The notes under the pieces: model-generated
Seen by the model: the letters and a program-made list of their open reading frames with translations, nothing else
Databases searched by the model: none
Told to the model about the DNA's origin: nothing
Shown: positions 11,091-21,853 of the stretch, one piece after another
How positions within the stretch are numbered: the stretch's first letter is position 1
How the letters are laid out: the number at the start of each line of letters is the position of its first letter
Position numbers and translations under genes: made by a program
DNA from: Macrostomum lignano
Lineage: Eukaryota
Direction of reading: 5' to 3'
DNA: 46,856 nucleotides
Assembly (NCBI GenBank): GCA_002269645.1
Contig: NIVC01002347.1
Coordinates: 1 to 46,856, forward strand

Positions 11091-12821
11091 TATAGCTCAG
11101 TCGCTAGTGGAAAGTCTACAAGTGATTCGGAATCAACAATATCTCCATGCATTAAATACATTTATGCATGGAAATCTTGCACGTTATCTTGACTGCTAAT
11201 AGCACAGATAAGACTGCCAAGCTCACTGAGCTATAGAGTGGGAGGGTTCGTGTAAACTCTGTCAGCTGTTCAGCTTCTGCCTGTCTTTGAGTGGCTCCAA
11301 TTAGAAGCCTCAGCTTGCACTTGCACGCGTAGATATGCAAATTTTTAGGTGCGGAAAACATGCAGTTTGTTTAAGCTTTTATTAGAAACTGTAACAGCGA
11401 ATTTTGAAGCTCTTGAATGATAGATTTAGAAGCTGTAAAACGAGTATTTTTAGAACTATCACATGGGACTGTTAGGATGTATTATATTAACTGCCTACGA
11501 GTACAATGTGGCTGTGACGTCATCGCTGGAATCCTAATTCTTTGCTTGGCATTACCCATTTAAGGCCGACTCAAGTAACTAGGGTTTTTACCCTTAACTT
11601 TAATTTATTCTCATTATCAACTCTAAGAGCTCTATATTTTAAATTCTTGAAATTGCCAATAGACTATTCGACTATGTAAATTTTCGAGCTTTTGAGAGGC
11701 CGCATTTCGATCGTTGTCTTTTTTCGGTAATGATCGGACTAATGCTGTGACCTAAAAAAACTAATTGATCAAAATGACAGACTAAAAGCACTTGGGAAAG
11801 AGTAAAAACAGAACTCAAATAACTTTTACTCACGAAATAATTAAATCCAGACGGGAAAAATTTCATTTCGCTTCTCAAAGCTAAATAGCTCGTAGTTCAG
11901 TAGTTTCTCGACTCTGAAGTGTACAAATAATCGTTGGCTATTAAGTAGCAAAAATGGCTGGAAATTTTGGGTATTTAGAGAGGAAGGAAGTGAATTCGTT
12001 GATTAAAATGGCTACAAATTCACTTACACAATCTCGGTACACCCACATTGCTTTAGACTGTCGGTTGTGAACGGCAAAAGACAACTTTTTGTGGTTAAAA
12101 AATTCCAATCGTTTGTGCAATTCTTTCCACTCTACAGCTGGATACATTGGGCTATCGGGTGCAAGAACAAAATGAGATGCTTCAGGATTGCTGAGACACC
12201 AACACTCAAGAGGCAAGGCTGAGATGTCAAGTTAGTCAGAAAATTTTCAAGACTTCCTTAAATAGAAAAAAGGTTAGTAAGAATTGTTTATGTGATAAAA
12301 AACAGAATTTTTTTCCTATCTGCACTTGCTATTGTATTTCAAAGATGCCATTAATTAAAATACAATTGTCTTACAAACGAATACGAAGGTATTAGTCCAT
12401 GAGAAAAGCCTCTAAACAGAGATTTTTTCGACTTGCAAAGCATTCTTTGCACTCACGAGCCACTTTGAATCGTAATAACCTACTTAAACGGTTCAAACAA
12501 TTGTTTCAAATGCTTTTCTTATTTGACTATTGAGAGCTAACAGTGTGCAGGGTATTGGAGGCCGGTTTATAGTTGCTTTGGAAACTGGAGTGTACTATTG
12601 CCTCTTCAAAATTTAAATACCATGCAGTATGCATTACTTCAGACAGTCAATCGTACCTGTCTACTTCATCCATATCGCGATGCAACATAAAAATTAGAAT
12701 TGAGAACACATGAGTCTCTATTCGATCAGCTACAGTGTCTATCCGCATTCGCGCTTTTCCCTATAGTGTGATCACTGCTGCAATGATAACCATTGGCTGG
12801 AGTTTATAATAGGCTTGCAGA

Positions 12822-13065
12822 ATGCATGTATATTATGTTGTCGCCGCGGGTTCAATTGTCTTACTGTTGAATTCAATGTCAGCCACCTGTGGTCTGGACT
12901 TCAAGCTGGCAGTTGTGATTGAGCAGAATGCAGTGAGCAGCTCCCTCATTGATCTGGCTGTGAGCAGACGGGTGAACTCGAACTGGAGACTGTTGCCAGG
13001 CCACTCAATGTCGCATGAGATCGTGCAGGTGCCCACGGATGGAGCTCAGCAGGCTGCTAAAGAAG
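12822..13065 (+). CDS. First exon of an ionotropic glutamate receptor-like / ANF-receptor (LIVBP-fold) protein
   Basis: Signal peptide, then FKLAVVIEQ..IDLAVSRRVNSNWRLLPGHSMSHEI, resembling the 'AV..IN....LLP..L.y.i' start of iGluR amino-terminal domains. Donor G|GTTAGT, phase 1. Confidence 0.6.
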
Positions 13066-13263
13066 GTTAGTAACTTTTCGGGCTTTGGGTGCTTTTGTTG
13101 TCTGCAACTTGTTAAACGCGAATAATTTTAGCCACAGCTGCAAAATGAGGGGTTTTATGGCCTTGTAAAGATAATTGTGGCTATCTGACTCTTCTGATTT
13201 CATTTTCTAGACGCTCTTCGTTGATTTTTTATGGTTAGATATACACTCAATACAAACTCAACA

Positions 13264-16200
13264 CACCAAGGGGCTTTAGCACCAAGGGGCTTTAGCACCA
13301 AGGGGCTTTAGCACCAAGGGGCTTTAGCACCAAGGGGCTTTAGCACCAAGGGGCTTTAGCACCAAGGGGCTTTAGCACCAAGGGGCTTTAGCACCAAGGG
13401 GCTTTAGCACCAAGGGGCTTTAGCACCAAGGGGCTTTAGCACCAAGGGGCTTTAGCACCAAGGGGCTTTAGCACCAAGGGGCTTTAGCACCAAGGGGCTT
13501 TAGCACCAAGGGGCTTTAGCACCAAGGGGCTTTAGCACCAAGGGGCTTTAGCACCAAGGGGCTTTAGCACCAAGGGGCTTTAGCACCAAGGGGCTTTAGC
13601 ACCAAGGGGCTTTAGCACCAAGGGGCTTTAGCACCAAGGGGCTTTAGCACCAAGGGGCTTTAGCACCAAGGGGCTTTAGCACCAAGGGGCTTTAGCACCA
13701 AGGGGCTTTAGCACCAAGGGGCTTTAGCACCAAGGGCTTTAGCACCAAGGGGCTTTAGCACCAAGGGGCTTTAGCACCAAGGGGCTTTAGCACCAAGGGG
13801 CTTTAGCACCAAGGGGCTTTAGCACCAAGGGGCTTTAGCACCAAGGGGCTTTAGCACCAAGGGGCTTTAGCACCAAGGGGCTTTAGCACCAAGGGGCTTT
13901 AGCACCAAGGGGCTTTAGCACCAAGGGGCTTTAGCACCAAGGGGCTTTAGCACCAAGGGGCTTTAGCACCAAGGGGCTTTAGCACCAAGGGGCTTTAGCA
14001 CCAAGGGGCTTTAGCACCAAGGGGCTTTAGCACCAAGGGGCTTTAGCACCAAGGGGCTTTAGCACCAAGGGGCTTTAGCACCAAGGGGCTTTAGCACCAA
14101 GGGGCTTTAGCACCAAGGGGCTTTAGCACCAAGGGGCTTTAGCACCAAGGGGCTTTAGCACCAAGGGGCTTTAGCACCAAGGGGCTTTAGCACCAAGGGG
14201 CTTTAGCACCAAGGGGCTTTAGCACCAAGGGGCTTTAGCACCAAGGGGCTTTAGCACCAAGGGGCTTTAGCACCAAGGGGCTTTAGCACCAAGGGGCTTT
14301 AGCACCAAGGGGCTTTAGCACCAAGGGGCTTTAGCACCAAGGGCTTTAGCACCAAGGGGCTTTAGCACCAAGGGGCTTTAGCACCAAGGGGCTTTAGCAC
14401 CAAGGGGCTTTAGCACCAAGGGGCTTTAGCACCAAGGGGCTTTAGCACCAAGGGGCTTTAGCACCAAGGGGCTTTAGCACCAAGGGGCTTTAGCACCAAG
14501 GGGCTTTAGCACCAAGGGGCTTTAGCACCAAGGGGCTTTAGCACCAAGGGGCTTTAGCACCAAGGGGCTTTAGCACCAAGGGGCTTTAGCACCAAGGGGC
14601 TTTAGCACCAAGGGGCTTTAGCACCAAGGGGCTTTAGCACCAAGGGGCTTTAGCACCAAGGGGCTTTAGCACCAAGGGGCTTTAGCACCAAGGGGCTTTA
14701 GCACCAAGGGGCTTTAGCACCAAGGGGCTTTAGCACCAAGGGGCTTTAGCACCAAGGGGCTTTAGCACCAAGGGGCGCCAGCACCAAGGGGCTTTAGCAC
14801 CAAGGGGCTTTAGCACCAAGGGGCTTTAGCACCAAGGGGCTTTAGCACCAAGGGGCTTTAGCACCAAGGGGCTTTAGCACCAAGGGGCTTTAGCACCAAG
14901 GGGCTTTAGCACCAAGGGGCTTTAGCACCAAGGGGCTTTAGCACCAAGGGGCTTTAGCACCAAGGGGCTTTAGCACCAAGGGGCTTTAGCACCAAGGGGC
15001 TTTAGCACCAAGGGGCTTTAGCACCAAGGGGCTTTAGCACCAAGGGGCTTTAGCACCAAGGGGCTTTAGCACCAAGGGGCTTTAGCACCAAGGGGCTTTA
15101 GCACCAAGGGGCTTTAGCACCAAGGGGCTTTAGCACCAAGGGGCTTTAGCACCAAGGGGCTTTAGCACCAAGGGGCTTTAGCACCAAGGGGCTTTAGCAC
15201 CAAGGGGCTTTAGCACCAAGGGGCTTTAGCACCAAGGGGCTTTAGCACCAAGGGGCTTTAGCACCAAGGGGCTTTAGCACCAAGGGGCTTTAGCACCAAG
15301 GGGCTTTAGCACCAAGGGGCTTTAGCACCAAGGGGCTTTAGCACCAAGGGGCTTTAGCACCAAGGGGCTTTAGCACCAAGGGGCTTTAGCACCAAGGGGC
15401 TTTAGCACCAAGGGGCTTTAGCACCAAGGGGCTTTAGCACCAAGGGGCTTTAGCACCAAGGGGCTTTAGCACCAAGGGGCTTTAGCACCAAGGGGCTTTA
15501 GCACCAAGGGGCTTTAGCACCAAGGGGCTTTAGCACCAAGGGGCTTTAGCACCAAGGGGCTTTAGCACCAAGGGGCTTTAGCACCAAGGGGCTTTAGCAC
15601 CAAGGGGCTTTAGCACCAAGGGGCTTTAGCACCAAGGGGCTTTAGCACCAAGGGGCTTTAGCACCAAGGGGCTTTAGCACCAAGGGGCTTTAGCACCAAG
15701 GGGCTTTAGCACCAAGGGGCTTTAGCACCAAGGGGCTTTAGCACCAAGAGGCTTTAGCACCAAGGGGCTTTAGCACCAAGGGGCGCCAGCACCAAGGGGC
15801 TTTAGCACCAAGGGGCTTTAGCACCAAGGGGCTTTAGCACCAAGGGGCTTTAGCACCAAGGGGCTTTAGCACCAAGGGGCTTTAGCACCAAGGGGCTTTA
15901 GCACCAAGGGGCTTTAGCACCAAGAGGCTTTAGCACCAAGGGGCTTTAGCACCAAGGGGCTTTAGCACCAAGGGGCTTTAGCACCAAGGGGCTTTAGCAC
16001 CAAGGGGCTTTAGCACCAAGGGGCTTTAGCACCAAGGGGCTTTAGCACCAAGGGGCTTTAGCACCAAGGGGCTTTAGCACCAAGGGGCTTTAGCACCAAG
16101 GGGCTTTAGCACCAAGGGGCTTTAGCACCAAGGGGCTTTAGCACCAAGGGGCTTTAGCACCAAGGGGCTTTAGCACCAAGGGGCTTTAGCACCAAGGGGC

Positions 16201-19200
16201 TTTAGCACCAAGGGGCTTTAGCACCAAGGGGCTTTAGCACCAAGGGGCTTTAGCACCAAGGGGCTTTAGCACCAAGGGGCGCCAGCACCAAGGGGCGCCA
16301 GCACCAAGGGGCTTTAGCACCAAGGGGCTTTAGCACCAAGGGGCTTTAGCACCAAGGGGCTTTAGCACCAAGGGGCTTTAGCACCAAGGGGCTTTAGCAC
16401 CAAGGGGCTTTAGCACCAAGGGGCTTTAGCACCAAGGGGCTTTAGCACCAAGGGGCTTTAGCACCAAGGGGCTTTAGCACCAAGGGGCTTTAGCACCAAG
16501 GGGCTTTAGCACCAAGGGGCTTTAGCACCAAGGGGCTTTAGCACCAAGGGGCTTTAGCACCAAGGGGCTTTAGCACCAAGGGGCGCCAGCACCAAGGGGC
16601 GCCAGCACCAAGGGGCGCCAGCACCAAGGGGCGCCAGCACCAAGGGGCGCCAGCACCAAGGGGCGCCAGCACCAAGGGGCTTTAGCACCAAGGGGCGCCA
16701 GCACCAAGGGGCGCCAGCACCAAGGGGCTTTAGCACCAAGGGGCGCCAGCACCAAGGGGCTTTAGCACCAAGGGGCGCCAGCACCAAGGGGCTTTAGCAC
16801 CAAGGGGCGCCAGCACCAAGGGGCTTTAGCACCAAGGGGCTTTAGCACCAAGGGGCGCCAGCACCAAGGGGCTTTAGCACCAAGGGGCGCCAGCACCAAG
16901 GGGCGCCAGCACCAAGGGGCTTTAGCACCAAGGGGCTTTAGCACCAAGGGGCTTTAGCACCAAGGGGCTTTAGCACCAAGGGGCGCCAGCACCAAGGGGC
17001 TTTAGCACCAAGGGGCTTTAGCACCAAGGGGCGCCAGCACCAAGGGGCTTTAGCACCAAGGGGCGCCAGCACCAAGGGGCGCCAGCACCAAGGGGCTTTA
17101 GCACCAAGGGGCTTTAGCACCAAGGGGCTTTAGCACCAAGGGGCTTTAGCACCAAGGGGCTTTAGCACCAAGGGGCTTTAGCACCAAGGGGCTTTAGCAC
17201 CAAGGGGCTTTAGCACCAAGGGGCTTTAGCACCAAGGGGCTTTAGCACCAAGGGGCTTTAGCACCAAGGGGCTTTAGCACCAAGGGGCTTTAGCACCAAG
17301 GGGCTTTAGCACCAAGGGGCTTTAGCACCAAGGGGCTTTAGCACCAAGGGGCTTTAGCACCAAGGGGCTTTAGCACCAAGGGGCTTTAGCACCAAGGGGC
17401 TTTAGCACCAAGGGGCTTTAGCACCAAGGGGCTTTAGCACCAAGGGGCTTTAGCACCAAGGGGCTTTAGCACCAAGGGGCTTTAGCACCAAGGGGCTTTA
17501 GCACCAAGGGGCTTTAGCACCAAGGGGCTTTAGCACCAAGGGGCTTTAGCACCAAGGGGCTTTAGCACCAAGGGGCTTTAGCACCAAGGGGCTTTAGCAC
17601 CAAGGGGCTTTAGCACCAAGGGGCTTTAGCACCAAGGGGCTTTAGCACCAAGGGGCTTTAGCACCAAGGGGCTTTAGCACCAAGGGGCTTTAGCACCAAG
17701 GGGCTTTAGCACCAAGGGGCTTTAGCACCAAGGGGCTTTAGCACCAAGGGGCTTTAGCACCAAGGGGCTTTAGCACCAAGGGGCTTTAGCACCAAGGGGC
17801 TTTAGCACCAAGGGGCTTTAGCACCAAGGGGCTTTAGCACCAAGGGGCTTTAGCACCAAGGGGCTTTAGCACCAAGGGGCTTTAGCACCAAGGGGCTTTA
17901 GCACCAAGGGGCTTTAGCACCAAGGGGCTTTAGCACCAAGGGGCTTTAGCACCAAGGGGCTTTAGCACCAAGGGGCTTTAGCACCAAGGGGCTTTAGCAC
18001 CAAGGGGCTTTAGCACCAAGGGGCTTTAGCACCAAGGGGCTTTAGCACCAAGGGGCTTTAGCACCAAGGGGCTTTAGCACCAAGGGGCTTTAGCACCAAG
18101 GGGCTTTAGCACCAAGGGGCTTTAGCACCAAGGGGCTTTAGCACCAAGGGGCTTTAGCACCAAGGGGCTTTAGCACCAAGGGGCTTTAGCACCAAGGGGC
18201 TTTAGCACCAAGGGGCTTTAGCACCAAGGGGCTTTAGCACCAAGGGGCTTTAGCACCAAGGGGCTTTAGCACCAAGGGGCTTTAGCACCAAGGGGCTTTA
18301 GCACCAAGGGGCTTTAGCACCAAGGGGCTTTAGCACCAAGGGGCTTTAGCACCAAGGGGCTTTAGCACCAAGGGGCTTTAGCACCAAGGGGCTTTAGCAC
18401 CAAGGGGCTTTAGCACCAAGGGGCTTTAGCACCAAGGGGCTTTAGCACCAAGGGGCTTTAGCACCAAGGGGCTTTAGCACCAAGGGGCTTTAGCACCAAG
18501 GGGCTTTAGCACCAAGGGCTTTAGCACCAAGGGGCTTTAGCACCAAGGGGCTTTAGCACCAAGGGGCTTTAGCACCAAGGGGCTTTAGCACCAAGGGGCT
18601 TTAGCACCAAGGGGCTTTAGCACCAAGGGGCTTTAGCACCAAGGGGCTTTAGCACCAAGGGGCTTTAGCACCAAGGGGCTTTAGCACCAAGGGGCTTTAG
18701 CACCAAGGGGCTTTAGCACCAAGGGGCTTTAGCACCAAGGGGCTTTAGCACCAAGGGGCTTTAGCACCAAGGGGCTTTAGCACCAAGGGGCTTTAGCACC
18801 AAGGGGCTTTAGCACCAAGGGGCTTTAGCACCAAGGGGCTTTAGCACCAAGGGGCTTTAGCACCAAGGGGCTTTAGCACCAAGGGGCTTTAGCACCAAGG
18901 GGCTTTAGCACCAAGGGGCTTTAGCACCAAGGGGCTTTAGCACCAAGGGGCTTTAGCACCAAGGGGCTTTAGCACCAAGGGGCTTTAGCACCAAGGGGCT
19001 TTAGCACCAAGGGGCTTTAGCACCAAGGGGCTTTAGCACCAAGGGGCTTTAGCACCAAGGGCTTTAGCACCAAGGGGCTTTAGCACCAAGGGGCTTTAGC
19101 ACCAAGGGGCTTTAGCACCAAGGGGCTTTAGCACCAAGGGGCTTTAGCACCAAGGGGCTTTAGCACCAAGGGGCTTTAGCACCAAGGGGCTTTAGCACCA

Positions 19201-20061
19201 AGGGGCTTTAGCACCAAGGGGCTTTAGCACCAAGGGGCTTTAGCACCAAGGGGCTTTAGCACCAAGGGGCTTTAGCACCAAGGGGCTTTAGCACCAAGGG
19301 GCTTTAGCACCAAGGGGCTTTAGCACCAAGGGGCTTTAGCACCAAGGGGCTTTAGCACCAAGGGGCTTTAGCACCAAGGGGCTTTAGCACCAAGGGGCTT
19401 TAGCACCAAGGGGCTTTAGCACCAAGGGGCTTTAGCACCAAGGGGCTTTAGCACCAAGGGGCTTTAGCACCAAGGGGCTTTAGCACCAAGGGGCTTTAGC
19501 ACCAAGGGGCTTTAGCACCAAGGGGCTTTAGCACCAAGGGGCTTTAGCACCAAGGGGCTTTAGCACCAAGGGGCTTTAGCACCAAGGGGCTTTAGCACCA
19601 AGGGGCTTTAGCACCAAGGGGCTTTAGCACCAAGGGGCTTTAGCACCAAGGGGCTTTAGCACCAAGGGGCTTTAGCACCAAGGGGCTTTAGCACCAAGGG
19701 GCTTTAGCACCAAGGGGCTTTAGCACCAAGGGGCTTTAGCACCAAGGGGCTTTAGCACCAAGGGGCTTTAGCACCAAGGGGCTTTAGCACCAAGGGGCTT
19801 TAGCACCAAGGGGCTTTAGCACCAAGGGGCTTTAGCACCAAGGGGCTTTAGCACCAAGGGGCTTTAGCACCAAGGGGCTTTAGCACCAAGGGGCTTTAGC
19901 ACCAAGGGGCTTTAGCACCAAGGGGCTTTAGCACCAAGGGGCTTTAGCACCAAGGGGCTTTAGCACCAAGGGGCTTTAGCACCAAGGGGCTTTAGCACCA
20001 AGGGGCTTTAGCACCAAGGGGCGCCAGCACCAAGGGGCGCCAGCACCAAGGGGCGCCAGCA
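13264..20061. repeat. 16-bp minisatellite (CACCAAGGGGCTTTAG)n, about 425 units, intronic
   Basis: Near-perfect 16-bp period, with a minority variant CACCAAGGGGCGCCAG. Confidence 0.98.
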
Positions 20062-20170
20062 TTTGAGGCTGTTGGCTTCCACGAAGCAGCTTCGTTGATG
20101 GAGGCAGCTGGTTCTATAATGGAATCTATTGAAGCAAAGAAAGTCGCAATTTTTTATGACGACAAAAACG
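20060..20170 (+). CDS. Internal exon of the iGluR/ANF-receptor-like gene
   Basis: AFEAVGFHEAASLMEAAGSIMESIEAKKVAIFYDDKN ('vaifYDd' ATD motif). Strong donor G|GTAAGC at 20170/20171. The 5' boundary is uncertain because it lies at the satellite edge. Confidence 0.65.
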
Positions 20171-20211
20171 GTAAGCCACAACGTTTACACTTGCTTTACA
20201 CTTGCGTATAG

Positions 20212-20563
20212 CAGGAGAAATGCTGAAGCTGCTGCAGACGCGACTCTCGAGCATCGGCATCAGCTCCGTCCCTTTCAACGCCGACCCCACACTCAGCGGA
20301 GATCTTCTCTCCGAGAGGCTCAGACGCCTCATGAAGAAGCGCCTGTACAACGCCATCGTCATGGCGACGCCTCGCAACGCGCAAAGCATTGCGGCAGCCG
20401 CTGCGAACGCCAGCGTCATGCAGCAGAACTACTTCTGGCTCGTGATTGACAGCGGCGGACTCAGCAAGTCCCATCTGACACCGTTGTGTCCCAACAACTG
20501 CAACCTGGCTCTGCTCAGAGGAGGCACAACTGGCGTCAATCGGCCATCGACTGTCCGCCTGCA
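20212..20563 (+). CDS. Internal exon of the iGluR/ANF-receptor-like gene (rest of the gene not seen in the window)
   Basis: Acceptor TAG|CAG| in phase with the previous exon. RLMKKRLYNAIVMATPRNAQSIAAAAANASVMQQNYFWLVID matches the ATD 'iil....a..il..A....m....y.wi' pattern. High GC3. Donor CA|GTGAGA. Confidence 0.7.
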
Positions 20564-20627
20564 GTGAGAGACGTCTTTCCGAGCTGCGACACCGACAGCA
20601 TTCGGGTGAGCGCCAGCTGCCGTGTCG

Positions 20628-20960
20628 TGCCCTGCCCTGCCCTGCCCTGCCCTGCCCTGCCCTGCCCTGCCCTGCCCTGCCCTGCCCTGCCCTGCCCTGC
20701 CCTGCCCTGCCCTGCCCTGCCCTGCCCTGCCCTGCCCTGCCCTGCCCTGCCCTGCCCTGCCCTGCCCTGCCCTGCCCTGCCCTGCCCTGCCCTGCCCTGC
20801 CCTGCCCTGCCCTGCCCTGCCCTGCCCTGCCCTGCCCTGCCTGCTGCCCTGCCCTGCCCTGCCCTGCCCTGCCCTGCCCTGCCCTGCCCTGCCCTGCCCT
20901 GCCCTGCCCTGCCCTGCCCTGCCCCCTGCCCTGCCCTGCCCTGCCCTGCCCTGCCCTGCC
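20628..20960. repeat. (GCCCT)n pentanucleotide microsatellite
   Basis: About 66 near-perfect units. Confidence 0.98.
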
Positions 20961-21312
20961 TTGCTCAATCACCAACACACTGAGAGCATCAAAGTTTTAC
21001 ATTCCAAAAAACTATCAGCAGATCTTTGATTGACTACGAGCGTAACATGAGTAATTCTCGAATTTTAAATTTTTACTTCTGTCTCCTACTACTTATCAAG
21101 TGCGTTTAAGTAGTATTTACGCATGTTGAATTCTACGCTATTACCGCTAAGATAAAATAAGATAATCACTAGCAATCTTCGCCCCCCGTTGGGGGACATC
21201 TGTATAGAACCTCTGTTCTCTACAAGTAACAAAAAGATAGCCAAAAAAAGCCTTCGCAAAGAAAACAGACAAAATACTCAAAGGAAGTGCAATGCAAAAA
21301 GAAATCATTCCA

Positions 21313-21765
21313 AGACAGCAAGCATCCCCCAGATAGCAAGCATCCTCCAGATTGCAAGCAACCCCCGGATAGCAAGCATCCCCCAGATAGCAAGCATCCC
21401 CCAGATAGCAAGCATCCCTCAGATAGCAAGCATCCCCCAGATAGCAAGCATCCCCCAGATAGCAAGCATCCCCAAGATAGCAAGCATCCCCCAGATAGCA
21501 AGCATCCCCCAGATAGCAAGCATCCTCCAGATTGCAAGCAACCCCCGGATAGCAAGCATCCCCCAGATAGCAAGCATCCCCCAGATAGCAAGCATCCCCT
21601 AGATAGCAAACATCCCCCAGATAGCAAGCATCCCTCAGATAGCAAGCATCCCCCAGATAGCAAGCATCCCCCAGATAGCAAGCATCCCCCAGATAGCAAG
21701 CATCCCCCAGATAGCAAGCATTCCCTACATAGATAGCATCCCCAAATAGCAAGCATCCACCAGAC
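21313..21765. repeat. 18-bp minisatellite (AGATAGCAAGCATCCCCC)n within H1
   Basis: About 24 units. Confidence 0.95.
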
Positions 21766-21853
21766 AATAAGTAGCTAGTGCGACAATTTCCTTAGCATTA
21801 TAGTGGCTCCTTTAAAATTCGCTTACTTTTACGTTTGAAATTGTGTAAATTTT

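Noticed and set aside
11515-11522. Perfect CRE palindrome TGACGTCA ~425 bp upstream of FOXRED2 (possible UPR/bZIP site)
   Set aside because: A single 8-mer is close to chance expectation in a window this size, and there is no conservation evidence.
11941-12216. 91-aa minus-strand ORF in the divergent intergenic region
   Set aside because: No recognisable domain. It might be a decayed transposon fragment, but I cannot support that.
13070-13233. Possible micro-exons supplying the missing ATD segment (VCNLLN.. at 13101; HSCKMRGFMAL; 23-nt exon 13211-13233)
   Set aside because: Phase-consistent paths exist, but they need a non-canonical TG acceptor or weak alternative sites, and the peptides do not convincingly match the domain. 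Unresolved without RNA data.
13264-20061. CRISPR-like array
   Set aside because: There are no unique spacers, only head-to-tail monomers, in a eukaryotic context without cas genes. The same applies to the other arrays.
20196-21767. PCPAL/GQGRA and DSKHPP/LGDACY repeat ORFs
   Set aside because: They are translations of (GCCCT)n and the 18-bp minisatellite.
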